64,000 nt of DNA from an uncultured Planctomycetota bacterium (GCA_963737655.1 CAVTTN010000002.1:2560001-2624000); one strand, 5' to 3'; shown: positions 20,324 through 30,673, numbered from the stretch's first letter. The notes: generated by a model not told the origin, from the letters alone. Translations and numbers: made by a program.

Positions 20324-22557
20324 AGGATTTCCATCCCGAAACCGCGCAGGGCTTCTCGGAGCGGCTCGATCTGGCCATCGGGGACGACCACGGCGGTCGG
20401 TCCCAGGCGGTCTCCCAGCTTGTCCCTGGTGGCCGGGTGCTGGAGGAGGCCGTCGAGCAGGTCGGCCGCGGGGAGGTTCAGGACGATCGGCCGGGTCACC
20501 GTCAAGGGAGACGACCCCGGCCCGACCGCGTGCCACAGCAGCCGGACCGCCGGTGGGACCTCGCCGCCGACCCTCTGCGCGAACCATTTGGTCAGGCTCG
20601 CCGCCGAGACTCCATCCTCGGCCGCCCGGCGGAGCGATCGCGTGGTGATCCGGAACCGCCTCCGACCGGCCGGGCTCGGCGAGTCGCGATCGTCGCCCAG
20701 CTCGTCGGCGATCCTGGCGATTTCGGCGTCGATGAACAGGTCGGAGCGGCCGAGGTCCAGCGACAGGGTCACGCCGTCGGGATCGACCTCCACGCACGCC
20801 TCGGGCGGTCGGCGATAGTCGCGGGACCCCGCCAGGCGGAACCTCGCGAACGGGATCGTCGATTCGTCCTCGACCAGCAGGAGCCGATCGGACAGGGGGA
20901 CCGGCCGGCTTCCTTCGGGCCAGAGCGCGAGCGCCTCGGCCATCACTTCGGGCGAGGCGAACTCGACCAGGGTGGCCGCCCCGTGATAGGTGATCCGGTC
21001 CCGCCGGTTCGACCAGGTCTTCACCGCCTCGGCCACGCCCGCCGGCAACGGCCGGGCCGAGTGCTTCGCCAGGCGGTCGAGCATCGCGTCGGGGGACATC
21101 CCGCCTTCGAGCCCTCGATAGACCGACTCGGGCGTGAGCTTCATCTCCAGGGCCGCCCCGGCCTGCGACCACCTCATGAACCGGCTCAACTGGCCGATCA
21201 GCCCCGGATTGAGGCCCTGGCGATAGGCGATGACCTCGAAGTTCGGCTGGACGAACAGGAAGTGCGGGAACGTCGTCCGGGGCGGCGGCGGCGGGCCGAG
21301 CGCGAGCGAATAGCGGCCGAGCTCGGTCAACTGCACGACCCTCCGGCCGCTCGGGTCTTCCTCGGCGGCCCGGACCAGGCCGATCTGATACGCCGGTCCG
21401 AGCAAGATCGCTTCGAGGAGGTCCATCCCGCCCAGGGGGCCGGGCGAATCGGCCTCGCCGCCCCGCTTGCGAGCGAAATGGCCTCGGCCCGACGGCTCCG
21501 CCCCACCCAGGATCGGCGCCGACCATCCGGGGAACGTCTCGTCGAGCAAGGCGGCAAGATCGTCGAGCGCCACCCACTCGCCGGCCGGTTTCCTCGCGAG
21601 CCAGAGGAACACGGCGGGCCGGAGGAACGGCCCGGCGAGGCCCACCGGCGAATCCTCGCTCCTGGATCCGCCCTGCTCGCTCCACGACCTCATCCCGAGC
21701 CATCGCGCGGCGGCCATTTGCGGCAGATGCACCGCGTTCTCGGACCAGAAATCGGCCGGGGCGGCGGAGGTCCGATCGGATTGCGAGTCGTCGATCACCA
21801 GGCCCACGCCCCGGGCCAGGGAGAGCCACAGGCCGGCCATGTCGGGCAGCGGTTCGAGGGCGTCGGCGATCGGCCCGACGAGGACCGGGTCATCCTCGAT
21901 CCGCTCGCGGTCTCGTTTGTAGAGCGAGCCGGTTTGCGTCCTCCGCAACGGCGCCTCGTCGACGATCTGCCAGAGGGCGGCGAGGCGGAGGATGAATTCC
22001 AGGCCGTCGGTCTCGCGGACCTGGCGGGTCGGGCCGCTCGCAGGCGGCCCCTCGGCCTCGGGCAAGACCGTCCGGCCCACGCTGAGGATCGCCGGGGGGG
22101 CGACGAGGTCGCAGCCCGGAGGGTCGAGCAGGCGTTCCGGGTCGCTCGGCGGGGGGCCGTCCCCCAAACGTCGGGGCACGAGCAATCCCAGGGGCAGCAA
22201 TTCGCTCGCGACCGGGACGAACGGCTCGCCCAGCGAGGCCAGGGCGAAGGCGAGTCCCGAGGCGGGCCAGATCGAGTTCTCGGTCAAGGCCATCAGGCCC
22301 AGGGCGATCCGAGACCCGCGTCCCAGACGCTCCCAGAGCCCTTCGACGAACCGCGTCTCGCCCAGCCGATCGACGATCGCCGGCGCCAGCTCCGTGGGCT
22401 TCAGGGAGCGATCGTACGGGCCGAGCGTCCGCAGGACGTCGGTCCGATAGGCGGCCGGCTGGCGGGAGAGCGCCTCGCGGTACGCCTCGCTCGGGGCCTC
22501 CTGGCGAGGGGGCATCCCCTCGACGTCGATCGTGGTCATGGTCTCGGGGTCGGTCAT
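20320..22557 (-). CDS. Helicase-associated (XPB N-terminal-like, Helicase_C_3) domain protein
   Basis: LFVQPNFEVI, KLTPESVYRG..G and LP..V...V..W repeats; in an operon with XPB. Confidence 0.8.
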   Translation of the reverse strand: MTDPETMTTIDVEGMPPRQEAPSEAYREALSRQPAAYRTDVLRTLGPYDRSLKPTELAPAIVDRLGETRFVEGLWERLGRGSRIALGLMALTENSIWPASGLAFALASLGEPFVPVASELLPLGLLVPRRLGDGPPPSDPERLLDPPGCDLVAPPAILSVGRTVLPEAEGPPASGPTRQVRETDGLEFILRLAALWQIVDEAPLRRTQTGSLYKRDRERIEDDPVLVGPIADALEPLPDMAGLWLSLARGVGLVIDDSQSDRTSAAPADFWSENAVHLPQMAAARWLGMRSWSEQGGSRSEDSPVGLAGPFLRPAVFLWLARKPAGEWVALDDLAALLDETFPGWSAPILGGAEPSGRGHFARKRGGEADSPGPLGGMDLLEAILLGPAYQIGLVRAAEEDPSGRRVVQLTELGRYSLALGPPPPPRTTFPHFLFVQPNFEVIAYRQGLNPGLIGQLSRFMRWSQAGAALEMKLTPESVYRGLEGGMSPDAMLDRLAKHSARPLPAGVAEAVKTWSNRRDRITYHGAATLVEFASPEVMAEALALWPEGSRPVPLSDRLLLVEDESTIPFARFRLAGSRDYRRPPEACVEVDPDGVTLSLDLGRSDLFIDAEIARIADELGDDRDSPSPAGRRRFRITTRSLRRAAEDGVSAASLTKWFAQRVGGEVPPAVRLLWHAVGPGSSPLTVTRPIVLNLPAADLLDGLLQHPATRDKLGDRLGPTAVVVPDGQIEPLREALRGFGMEIL

Positions 22558-22778
22558 CGGACGATCCGGGGGGTATGGCCCATCCGCCTCAGCTCATCGA
22601 GCACGGCATCTTCCTCCTCGGGCCGGACGAGCAACACCGTCTCCGACAACCGCCCGGCAATCAACCTCGCCAGGGTCTTCCTCGCGAGTAATTCCTCGGC
22701 CAAGATCGGCTCGGAGGTGCGGATCAGGCTGACCTGGCGATGAAGCTTCACGGGAATCCGGGCAAGCGGTCCAGCCAT
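22554..22778 (-). CDS. Small hypothetical protein of the XPB operon
   Basis: 74 aa; ATGA overlap with the downstream gene; resembles that gene's C-terminus (RL..T..LV..E....L...G). Confidence 0.65.
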   Translation of the reverse strand: MAGPLARIPVKLHRQVSLIRTSEPILAEELLARKTLARLIAGRLSETVLLVRPEEEDAVLDELRRMGHTPRIVR

Positions 22779-22790
22779 CGACAGTTCCCC

Positions 22791-22837
22791 GTAGGGTGCA
22801 TGAAATGCACCATCATGTAGGGCGGGTGGAACCCGCC
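22791..22837 (+). repeat. Two adjacent GTAG REPs of different families
   Basis: GTAG-GGTGCAT-GAA-ATGCACC (22791-22811) and GTAG-GGCGGGT-GGA-ACCCGCC (22817-22837). Confidence 0.8.
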
Positions 22838-23346
22838 GAAGCTTCCGAATCCCGGTCCGAAGACCCGAGTGCTCGCTCCCGTCGCGAGGTCCACAGCCCC
22901 AGCAAGCCACCCATGACCCCAGCAGGCAACGTGCTAGACATGAGGAACAAGGACCTGATGCGCTCGTTTCTGTTCCAAAAAGTGTACAGCTCGGGCGGCG
23001 TTAGTCCGCTTTTTTTCGCCTCATCCTGTAGCCGGTCCATGACATCTTCGGAGATTGCAATACTCGGGAGGAGGACATTCGGTCGATCAGTCATGTTCTC
23101 CACAATGCACATATGGTATGCCCAGCCGAACGCTGCAAATCCGAACCAGAACGCCCGGCGACTAGTCTTTCCAAATCGAGCCGCGAACGTTGCGAACAGG
23201 AGTATGACAATAACTCCCAACGCGGTTAACCGTCTCAGCGGTTCGCTTGTCGCAAGAGCCGGCCACATCATCACCGCTGTTACGGCGATGACGATCATCA
23301 GCCCGCCAATCGTGATGCGCCCTCGCCGCCCCGTCACGACGCGCAC
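22813..23346 (-). CDS. Lower-GC hypothetical membrane protein
   Basis: RITIGGLMIVIAVTA planctomycete-type N-terminal motif, 3-4 TM segments, visibly more AT-rich than neighbours. Confidence 0.65.
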   Translation of the reverse strand: MRVVTGRRGRITIGGLMIVIAVTAVMMWPALATSEPLRRLTALGVIVILLFATFAARFGKTSRRAFWFGFAAFGWAYHMCIVENMTDRPNVLLPSIAISEDVMDRLQDEAKKSGLTPPELYTFWNRNERIRSLFLMSSTLPAGVMGGLLGLWTSRRERALGSSDRDSEASAGSTRPT

Positions 23347-25061
23347 GCCCCGGGCGAGCCTGCCGGCGCCTCGGCTGCCGACACGTCCGCCTCGTCCACG
23401 ATCTCGTAGCTGTAGCCCTGCTCGGTGAGGAACAACTGGCGGTGGTGGGCGAAGTCCATCTCCCTCGTGTCGCGGGTCACGAGCGTGTAAAAATGCGCCG
23501 GCTCGGCGCCGTCCTTCGGCCTCAGGATTCGCCCGAGCCGCTGGGCCTCTTCCTGACGGCTGCCGAAGGTGCCCGAGACCTGAATCATGACGTTCGCGTC
23601 GGGCAGGTCGATGGCGAAATTGCCGACCTTCGACAGCACCAACCGGCGGATCTCGCCCCTGCGGAACTTCCCGTACAAATCCTCGCGCTCGGGGTTCGAG
23701 GTCTGGCCGGTGATCAGCGGAAGCTCGTAACGCTCGGCGATCCGTCGCAGTTGCTTCAAATACTGGCCGATGATCAACACGCGATCATCGGGGCCGTCGT
23801 GCCTGGCCAATAGCGTGTCGATCAGGTCTTCCTTGGCGGGGTTCTCGCTGGCCAGCCGGAACTTGTCGCGCCACTCGGCCACGGCGTATTCCATCCGGGC
23901 GTCGTGAGGCAACGCCAGGCGGACCTCCCGGCAGAGGGCCTGCGCGATCCAGCCTTTTTGTTCGAGGACCCGCCAGGGCACGTCGAACTTCTTCGGGCCG
24001 ATCAGGCTGAAGACGTCCTCCTCGCGGCCGTCCTCGCGGACGAGCGTCGCCGTGAGCCCGAGGCGCCGACGGGCCTGGATGTCGGCCGTGACCCGGAAGA
24101 CCGGCGCGGGCAACAGGTGGACCTCGTCGTAGACGATCAGGCCCCAATCGCGCTCGTTGAACAGCTTGAAATGGGGGAAGTCGCCGTCCTTCTTGGGCCG
24201 GAAGGTGACGATTTGATAGGTGGCGATCGTGACCGGGGCGATCTCCTTCGAGTCGCCGGTGTACGTGGCCACCTGGTCGTCGCTCAGGTCGGTCTTGTCC
24301 AGGACCTCGCGCTTCCACTGCTCCACGGCGGTGGTGCTGGTGGTCAGGATCAGGGTATGGCGCTTCAGGGCGGCCATCGCGGCGATGCCGACGATCGTCT
24401 TGCCGGCCCCGCAGGGCAGGACGATCACGCCCGAGCCTCCGCGGACGTCCCCCCCGGCGTGGAACGCATCGACCGACATCTTCTGATAGTCGCGGACCCG
24501 GAACGGATGGCCCGATCGAGCGATCTCGACCAGGTCGAGCTGGAGGGGGGAGCCGTCGGTGTAGCCGGCGAGGTCCTCGGCCGGGTAGCCGACGGCGATC
24601 AGGGCTTGCTTGACGAGTCCCCGGTCGCCGTCGTCGATCCGATAGCTCGTGTCGTCGATCCGGTCGTACAGGTAGTTCTTGAGGGCCTTCTGGCGGGCGA
24701 GCTCCTCGATCAGGGGGCGGTCCTTCGTCATCAGGACGAGGTTTTCCCCCTGGCGGACGAGGCGGACCCGGCCGTACCGGCCGACGAGCTCGCGGAGATC
24801 GACGGGCAGATTCGGGGGCAGGGGGAACTTGCTGAAGGTCTCCAGGACCTGGACCATCGCCTCGGCGGTCATCCCGGCGGCGGCGGCGTTCCAGAGCGAG
24901 AGCGGCGTGAGCCGATAGGTATGGATATGCTCGGGGCTTTTTTCCAGCTCGGCGAACGGGGCGAGGGCGTCGCGGGCCTCGGGATAGAGCGGATTCTCGA
25001 CCTCCAGCAGCACCGTGCGGTCCCCCTGCACGATGAGCGGGTTGGCGGGGTTGTACTGCAT
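23334..25061 (-). CDS. DNA repair helicase XPB/Ssl2 family
   Basis: PLIVQGDRTVLLE, LPCGAGKT, DEVH, GLTAT and QRLGRILR; AAGGAG RBS. Confidence 0.94.
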   Translation of the reverse strand: MQYNPANPLIVQGDRTVLLEVENPLYPEARDALAPFAELEKSPEHIHTYRLTPLSLWNAAAAGMTAEAMVQVLETFSKFPLPPNLPVDLRELVGRYGRVRLVRQGENLVLMTKDRPLIEELARQKALKNYLYDRIDDTSYRIDDGDRGLVKQALIAVGYPAEDLAGYTDGSPLQLDLVEIARSGHPFRVRDYQKMSVDAFHAGGDVRGGSGVIVLPCGAGKTIVGIAAMAALKRHTLILTTSTTAVEQWKREVLDKTDLSDDQVATYTGDSKEIAPVTIATYQIVTFRPKKDGDFPHFKLFNERDWGLIVYDEVHLLPAPVFRVTADIQARRRLGLTATLVREDGREEDVFSLIGPKKFDVPWRVLEQKGWIAQALCREVRLALPHDARMEYAVAEWRDKFRLASENPAKEDLIDTLLARHDGPDDRVLIIGQYLKQLRRIAERYELPLITGQTSNPEREDLYGKFRRGEIRRLVLSKVGNFAIDLPDANVMIQVSGTFGSRQEEAQRLGRILRPKDGAEPAHFYTLVTRDTREMDFAHHRQLFLTEQGYSYEIVDEADVSAAEAPAGSPGACAS

Positions 25062-25465
25062 GGGCTCCTTGCCGAGGAGACGCTGGAGAGTCGCGACCCC
25101 CGCCCGATCGGGGATCAACCCGACCATCGTAGACCGGACGGCCGACCGACCGCAAGGCGGAATGCCGGGCCGACAGGGCCGTTTCCTCCTCCCGGGGATT
25201 TCGGCCGGAAGCATTTTGTCTGGCACGGGTTCCGTCTTCGGGACCCGTGAGGGCCAGCCCACGACTCCTTGGGACGGAAACCGTGCCAACCAAAGCCCTT
25301 CGGAAGAATCTTCCACCCGGAAGGAAACGGCCCTGCCGGGGCCGAGGCGGGCTCGTCCGGGCCGTCCGGCGAATTCGAGGGGCGCGGCGTCTTCCCTTCC
25401 TCGCCGGGCTCGTGCATACTTGGGGTTGGGGAGAGGGAGGCCGTCGTCCCGAGGGAGGCCCGCCG

Positions 25466-25780
25466 ATGGTTCGTGCCAGAACGATGCTCGTCGTGGTCGG
25501 GCTGGTTGCCGGGGTCTCGGCCTCGACTCGGGCCCAGGGCGTCGTCCCCGGAGGATGGTCGCCCCGGGTCGGATATCAGAGCCTGGGCCCCGTGACGCCG
25601 GCTCCGGGATTCGGCGGCGGTGGGTCGATGGGTTACGGTTCGGTGCCCTTCGGCGTGCCCGTGAGTCCAGCTCCGTACTACGCCCCGGGTTTCTACGGCC
25701 CGGCGCCTCAGACGGCCAACATGCTGGGGCCGCTCTCGACCACGATCCGCCGGACCACCGGGTCTCGGCGAGGCCGGTGA
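25466..25780 (+). CDS. Small secreted G/P-rich hypothetical protein
   Basis: GGAGG RBS, signal peptide, stop overlaps the next start. Confidence 0.55.
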   Translation: MVRARTMLVVVGLVAGVSASTRAQGVVPGGWSPRVGYQSLGPVTPAPGFGGGGSMGYGSVPFGVPVSPAPYYAPGFYGPAPQTANMLGPLSTTIRRTTGSRRGR

Positions 25781-26712
25781 GATCGCGGTGGCTGGACCCC
25801 GCGAGGCCCCGGCCCCTGGTCGTGGCCCATCGGGGGGATTCGGCCCACGCCCCGGAGAACACCCTCGAAGCCGGCCTCCTCGGCCATCGGGCCGGCGCCG
25901 ATGCCTGGGAACTCGACGTTCAACTGACCCGAGACGGCGTCCCCGTGGTGATCCACGACGCGGGACTGGCCCGGACCACGGATGCCGCCCTCCGATTCGC
26001 CAGCGACCCCCGGGCCTCGTCCGGCCTGCTCGTGGCCGACTTCGACCTGGCCGAGGTCCGCGCGCTCGATGCCGGCTCCTGGTTCACTCGCGAAGCCGGG
26101 GGCCCTCGGTCGGCCCGTGCCTTCGGGACGCTCGAGCGGCTGCCCCCATCCTCTCGCGAGCGGTTCGGCTCGGGATCGGTCCAGGTTCCGACCCTGGCCG
26201 AGGCTTTGGAGCTAACCCGGGAGCTGGGCTGGCTCGTCAACGTCGAGCTCAAGGGCTTCCCCGAGGCGGACCCCCGGCTCGTCCGGGCCGCCCTGGAACT
26301 GGTCGCGGCCTCCGGGGTCGCCGACCGCGTCCTGATCTCCTCGTTCGATCATTCTCAGGTGTTCGAGGCGGCCCGGAGCGGGCTCGGGATCGCCTGCGGG
26401 GTCCTGACGACGGCGCCCCTGTGTCGGCCCGGGGATTACGTCCGTGACATCGTCGGGGCCGACTTCTACCACCCGTCGGCCGAGGCGGTCGGAGCGTCGT
26501 CGGCGGATTACCTGCAGGACCCCCGGGCCCGGCATCTGAGGCGGGCGGACGTCGCCGACGTGCCCTCCCTGGTCTATACCGTCAACGACGACCGCCTGGC
26601 CGTCCATCTCGCCGAGGCCGGGGCCGCGGGCCTCTTCACGGACCGGCCCTCGACGATCCTCCGCAGGTTCGGCCGACCGGGCCGTTCCTCCGATCCGATC
26701 CCGAGGGCCTGA
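25777..26712 (+). CDS. Glycerophosphodiester phosphodiesterase
   Basis: VAHRG.S..APENT, ELDV.LTRDG.PVVIHD, NVELK, YTVND and TDRP. Confidence 0.92.
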   Translation: MRSRWLDPARPRPLVVAHRGDSAHAPENTLEAGLLGHRAGADAWELDVQLTRDGVPVVIHDAGLARTTDAALRFASDPRASSGLLVADFDLAEVRALDAGSWFTREAGGPRSARAFGTLERLPPSSRERFGSGSVQVPTLAEALELTRELGWLVNVELKGFPEADPRLVRAALELVAASGVADRVLISSFDHSQVFEAARSGLGIACGVLTTAPLCRPGDYVRDIVGADFYHPSAEAVGASSADYLQDPRARHLRRADVADVPSLVYTVNDDRLAVHLAEAGAAGLFTDRPSTILRRFGRPGRSSDPIPRA

Positions 26713-26720
26713 TCGGGTCG

Positions 26721-26948
26721 TCAGGAGACCCTCAGGGCGCACCAGATCCCGCACGGGAAATACTGGGCGTCGGTCGGCCTCTCCTCAAGCCGCTCCCACT
26801 CCGCGATCGTCCAGACCACGATCCGGGCGGGGAAGCCATTAATCTTCCAGTAAGCGACGTTCCGCTCCGGCCCCGAAGGGTCGAACGCCGAGAGCTCCGA
26901 CGTCGATTGCGACCCAGATCGAGGCCGAAAGCCGCCGTTGAGAATCAT
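26721..26948 (-). CDS. Small hypothetical protein
   Basis: 75 aa with GGAGGG RBS; divergent from the XRE gene. Confidence 0.55.
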   Translation of the reverse strand: MILNGGFRPRSGSQSTSELSAFDPSGPERNVAYWKINGFPARIVVWTIAEWERLEERPTDAQYFPCGIWCALRVS

Positions 26949-27249
26949 CGTCGGACCCTCCCGCGAAAGACCCACCCGCCGCCCAACCGTACCGAGACGG
27001 CCGATCCGCCCCGAGGGGCCAGTCCCCACTTCGGGTGACCTCACCATTCCTGAAGCGATGCAAACGTCGCGATCACGAACCGTTCGTTTCATTTCTTGCA
27101 AACAGAACGTCAAGAATCGCAACAAACTTGCAAGGACTGGATCGTACCCTCCCCTTTTATGACTTACAATCCCCCCTTCCTGGTTTTTATAAAACGAAAT
27201 CGCGAGACACCCTTGAGATTGCTATCCCTGTGTGGATATCTTGGGGGCT

Positions 27250-27621
27250 ATGGGATACGCGGAGAAACTGCAAAGACTTTGTGCGTTGAAAGGGATAGAT
27301 CAGGCGGCCCTGGCCGAGCGGCTCGGGTTGTCGAAGTCGTCGATCTCGCGGATCCTCGGCGGGGTGCAGGAGCCGAAGGTTCGCCTGGCGTACGAACTGG
27401 CCCGGGCGCTTGGGGTTACGCTGGATTACCTGATGGACGACGCGGCGCACGAGCCGCCGGGGACGCACTGGGCCCCGGTGTCGATCGACGAGGCGGCGAT
27501 CCTGGCGATCGTCCGGCGATTGGGGTACGAGGCGGCGATGGACCGGCTGCTGGCGGTCCCCTCGGAGGCCCACCGGCGCAACGGGCTTCTCGGGGACTCC
27601 TCGGGGCCGAGCCGCGAGTGA
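27250..27621 (+). CDS. XRE-family HTH transcriptional regulator
   Basis: Q..LAERLGLSKSSISRI..G..EP...LARALGV.LDYL. Confidence 0.9.
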   Translation: MGYAEKLQRLCALKGIDQAALAERLGLSKSSISRILGGVQEPKVRLAYELARALGVTLDYLMDDAAHEPPGTHWAPVSIDEAAILAIVRRLGYEAAMDRLLAVPSEAHRRNGLLGDSSGPSRE

Positions 27622-27682
27622 TCGCGGCCGATGGGCCACCGGGCGGTTGCGGAGGCGGGGCCGTCGCGATAGGGTCGGACTC

Positions 27683-28621
27683 ATGAAGAAATCCCCCCTG
27701 GGCGCCGACGACCCTCGGATCATCGTCACGGCCGGGCTGACGAAGCTCTACGGCCCCGTCACGGCCCTGAAGGACCTGACGATGGACGTCCGCCGGGGGG
27801 AAGTCTTCGGCCTCCTCGGCCCCAACGGCTCGGGCAAGACGACGACGATCCGCCTGCTCCTGGGGCTGATCCGCCCGACCTCCGGGCATGCCCACGTCGC
27901 GGGCCTGGAATCCTGGACCAGCAGCGTCGAGGTCCGCCGATTCGTGTCGTACCTCCCGGGCGAGCTCCGGCTCTTCGGCCACATGACCGGCCGGGGGATG
28001 CTGAAGTTCCTCAGCTCGCTGAGGGACGGCGTCGGCTTCGACCGGGCCGAGGCGATCGCCGAGACGATCATGAACCTGGACCTCGGCCGGAAGGTCCGCA
28101 ACTACTCGACCGGGATGAAGCAGAAGCTGGCGCTGGCCCAGGCGTTCGCCGACCCGGTGGACGTCCTGATCCTCGACGAGCCGACCTCGGCCCTGGACCC
28201 CTCGGCCCGCCAGGACATCCTCGGGCTGATCGTCGAGGCGAAGAAGTCGGGGCAGACGGTGGTGTTCTCCGGGCACGTCCTGCCGGAGGTCGAGCAGGTC
28301 GCCGACCGGGTGGCGATCATGCGCAAGGGCCGGCTGATGCACGTCGAGGACATGCACGCCCGGAGGACCAGCGTCCGCCTCCTGCTCGTGAAGTTCGCCG
28401 GAGAAGTGCCCGAGGCGTTCCCCGAGGAGCTGGAGCTCACCCTCCGGGAGAAGAACGGCGAGACCCTCCTCCTGGAGCACCGAGGCGCCGCCCCTCCCCT
28501 GCTCTCCTGGCTGGCGGGCCGCGACGTGGCCGACCTGGCCATCGGCACCGAGGACCTCAAGACCCTCTACGACCAGTACCACGGCCCGACCGTGAAGGAC
28601 CAGGAGGGCCCCGCCCGATGA
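27683..28621 (+). CDS. ABC transporter ATP-binding protein
   Basis: GPNGSGKTT, YSTGMKQK and LILDEPT. Confidence 0.94.
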   Translation: MKKSPLGADDPRIIVTAGLTKLYGPVTALKDLTMDVRRGEVFGLLGPNGSGKTTTIRLLLGLIRPTSGHAHVAGLESWTSSVEVRRFVSYLPGELRLFGHMTGRGMLKFLSSLRDGVGFDRAEAIAETIMNLDLGRKVRNYSTGMKQKLALAQAFADPVDVLILDEPTSALDPSARQDILGLIVEAKKSGQTVVFSGHVLPEVEQVADRVAIMRKGRLMHVEDMHARRTSVRLLLVKFAGEVPEAFPEELELTLREKNGETLLLEHRGAAPPLLSWLAGRDVADLAIGTEDLKTLYDQYHGPTVKDQEGPAR

Positions 28622-29475
28622 GCGCGACCCGGGCCATCGTGGCCAAGCAGATGGTGGAGTCGCGATGGCTCCTGGGGCTGTCGGCACTGGCCCTGTTCGG
28701 GATCAGCTGGCTGACGGTCTACATCGAGTCGCGTTTCGAGGCCAATCAACGGGCCCTCCAGGACTCGCCCGAGGCGGCCATGAGGGGCAACGGGTTCCGC
28801 ATGTTCGCCCGGGCCGTCGGCGGCGATTCGGTCGATAACTCCTCGGGCGCGATGGAAGTTGCCCTCTGGTGCCATCCTTTGTTCGTCTACCCCCTGGTGA
28901 TGGCCTGGGCCCTGGCCCGGGGCTCGTCGCCGGTGGCCGGCGAGCTCGATCGAGGCCGGCTGGACCTGGTCCTCTCGCGGCCGATCAGCCGGTCCGGCTA
29001 TCTCGGGGCCCACGTGACGGTGGCCATCCTCGGGCTCGTGATCCTCGGCGGGGCCCTGGTCGCGGGGAACCTCGCGGCGACCCGGGCCTACCCCATCGAG
29101 GCCCCTCCGGGGCTCGTCGCGCTGAGCAAGGCCGCCGGGATCGTCTGCCTCCTCGGATTCGCCATCTACGGCTATACCCTCGCGTTCTCCGCCGCCGACC
29201 GGACCTGGTGGCGACCGGTCCTGTTCGGCCTCCTGGTGACGATCGGCGGGGGGATCGCCTCGGGAGTGGGGCAATTGCTCGCGCAGATCCAGAAGGTGGA
29301 TCGCTACCGGAACCTCCGCTACGTCTCGATCTTCCACTACTTCGACCCGGTGGCGGCCCTGGTCGGGGCGAAGGAGGCGGTCACCGACACCTGGGTCTTC
29401 CTCGGAGTCGCGATGACCGGGCTGGTGGTGGCGTTCCTGATCTTCGTCCGCCGCGACCTGCCGACCTCGGGTTGA
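28618..29475 (+). CDS. ABC-2 type transporter permease
   Basis: AGE.DRG.LDL.LSRPISR, six TM helices, C-terminal F.RRDL. Confidence 0.88.
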   Translation: MSATRAIVAKQMVESRWLLGLSALALFGISWLTVYIESRFEANQRALQDSPEAAMRGNGFRMFARAVGGDSVDNSSGAMEVALWCHPLFVYPLVMAWALARGSSPVAGELDRGRLDLVLSRPISRSGYLGAHVTVAILGLVILGGALVAGNLAATRAYPIEAPPGLVALSKAAGIVCLLGFAIYGYTLAFSAADRTWWRPVLFGLLVTIGGGIASGVGQLLAQIQKVDRYRNLRYVSIFHYFDPVAALVGAKEAVTDTWVFLGVAMTGLVVAFLIFVRRDLPTSG

Positions 29476-29492
29476 AGGTGGGCCCTGAAGAC

Positions 29493-30185
29493 TCAGGCCC
29501 GATCGTGAGGCGGTCGCTCCAGCCCCAGGGCCCGGCACGCTTCCTCGTACACCTGATCGACCGACCCGGAGCCATCGACCCGGAAGAAGCGGTCGGGGGC
29601 GTGGGTGCGATAGTAGTCGAGGATCGGCAGGGCGTATTCGTCGTAGATCTGCTGACGGACGGCGACGACGTCCAGGGCGTCGTCCTTGCGACGTTCAAGT
29701 TTCGCGCCGTCGAGGTCGCAGGTCTCGGCGACCTTCGGCGGCTTGGCCAGGACGTGGTACGTCGCCCCGCAGACGGGACAGACCCGCCGGCCGGTCATCC
29801 TCGCCTCGGCGTCCTCCCGCGTCACGGCGATCTCGAGATACGCGCCGATCCGGAACCCCAGGCGCTCCTCGAACCCCTCCAGGAGGGGCACCTGGCCCAT
29901 CGTCCGGGGGAAGCCGTCGAAGAGGAGCTTCTCGGTCCCCGGGGCCTTGAGGCTCTGCTCCAGGAGCTCGAAGATCAGCGGGTCGGGCACGAGGTTGCCG
30001 CTGGCCAGGTGGATGGCCACCCTCTGGCCCAGGAAGTCGTTCCGGCGAATCGCGGCCCGGAGGAGCTCGCCGGTGCGGACCAGCGTGTACCCGAACTCGG
30101 ACCCGAGCCGCTCCGCCAGGCTGCTCTTGCCGCTTCCGGGCCGACCGAACACGACCAGATGGCTAGGGGGGGCCGCCTCTCGCAA
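29493..30185 (-). CDS. adk: Adenylate kinase (long LID)
   Basis: G.PGSGK, G.LVPD, DGFPRT, LID CPVC..CDLD and R.DD; TTG start with AGGAG RBS. Confidence 0.88.
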   Translation of the reverse strand: MREAAPPSHLVVFGRPGSGKSSLAERLGSEFGYTLVRTGELLRAAIRRNDFLGQRVAIHLASGNLVPDPLIFELLEQSLKAPGTEKLLFDGFPRTMGQVPLLEGFEERLGFRIGAYLEIAVTREDAEARMTGRRVCPVCGATYHVLAKPPKVAETCDLDGAKLERRKDDALDVVAVRQQIYDEYALPILDYYRTHAPDRFFRVDGSGSVDQVYEEACRALGLERPPHDRA

Positions 30186-30447
30186 GCGAACGCTCCTGTC
30201 CGGGCGGAGACTCGGGTGGACGAGACGGCGAACATCCTAGTCCATCCCGGGCCGAGCTCCAAGCCCGGTCGCGACGAAAAGGGTGTCAGTTCAATTTTCG
30301 CCGGCAAGCCGACCAGACGAAGCCCGGCCTCGCGAGCCGCCCTCGCCTCGCGGAAAACCCGGGATGGGCCTCGTCCCGGGCGTGATCCCCGCGCCGAGCA
30401 TGATGCCCCGACTCCCGAAGGGCCTGGCCACGGAGCGTCCTGACGGC

Positions 30448-30476
30448 TTGACAGGCGAACCCGCTCGGAGTTCAAT
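30448..30476 (+). promoter_or_regulatory. Sigma-70-type promoter of the tRNA
   Basis: TTGACA-17 bp-TTCAAT, 14 bp upstream of the tRNA. Confidence 0.7.
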
Positions 30477-30490
30477 GTCCTTTCAAGGAT

Positions 30491-30564
30491 GTGCCCGTAG
30501 CTCAATTGGATAGAGCGTCAGCCTCCGAAGCTGAAGGTTACAGGTTCAAGTCCTGTCGGGCATA
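30491..30564 (+). tRNA. tRNA-Arg(CCG), CCA not encoded
   Basis: Acceptor GTGCCCG/CGGGCAT, D-arm GCTC/GAGC, anticodon stem TCAGC/GCTGA with loop CT-CCG-AA, T-arm ACAGG-TTCAAGT-CCTGT. Confidence 0.96.
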
Positions 30565-30673
30565 CTGGACGTAAAATCGGCCGAGTGCTCCACTTAGCTC
30601 ACCCGTCTGGACGGACGGAGCGGCCCGGAAAACCCCCAGAAAGCCGGTGGTCTACCGGTTTGGAGGTCGATCC

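Noticed and set aside
27075..27087. LexA (Cheo) box
   Set aside because: The spacer is 1 bp, not the 4 bp of CGAAC-N4-GTTCG.
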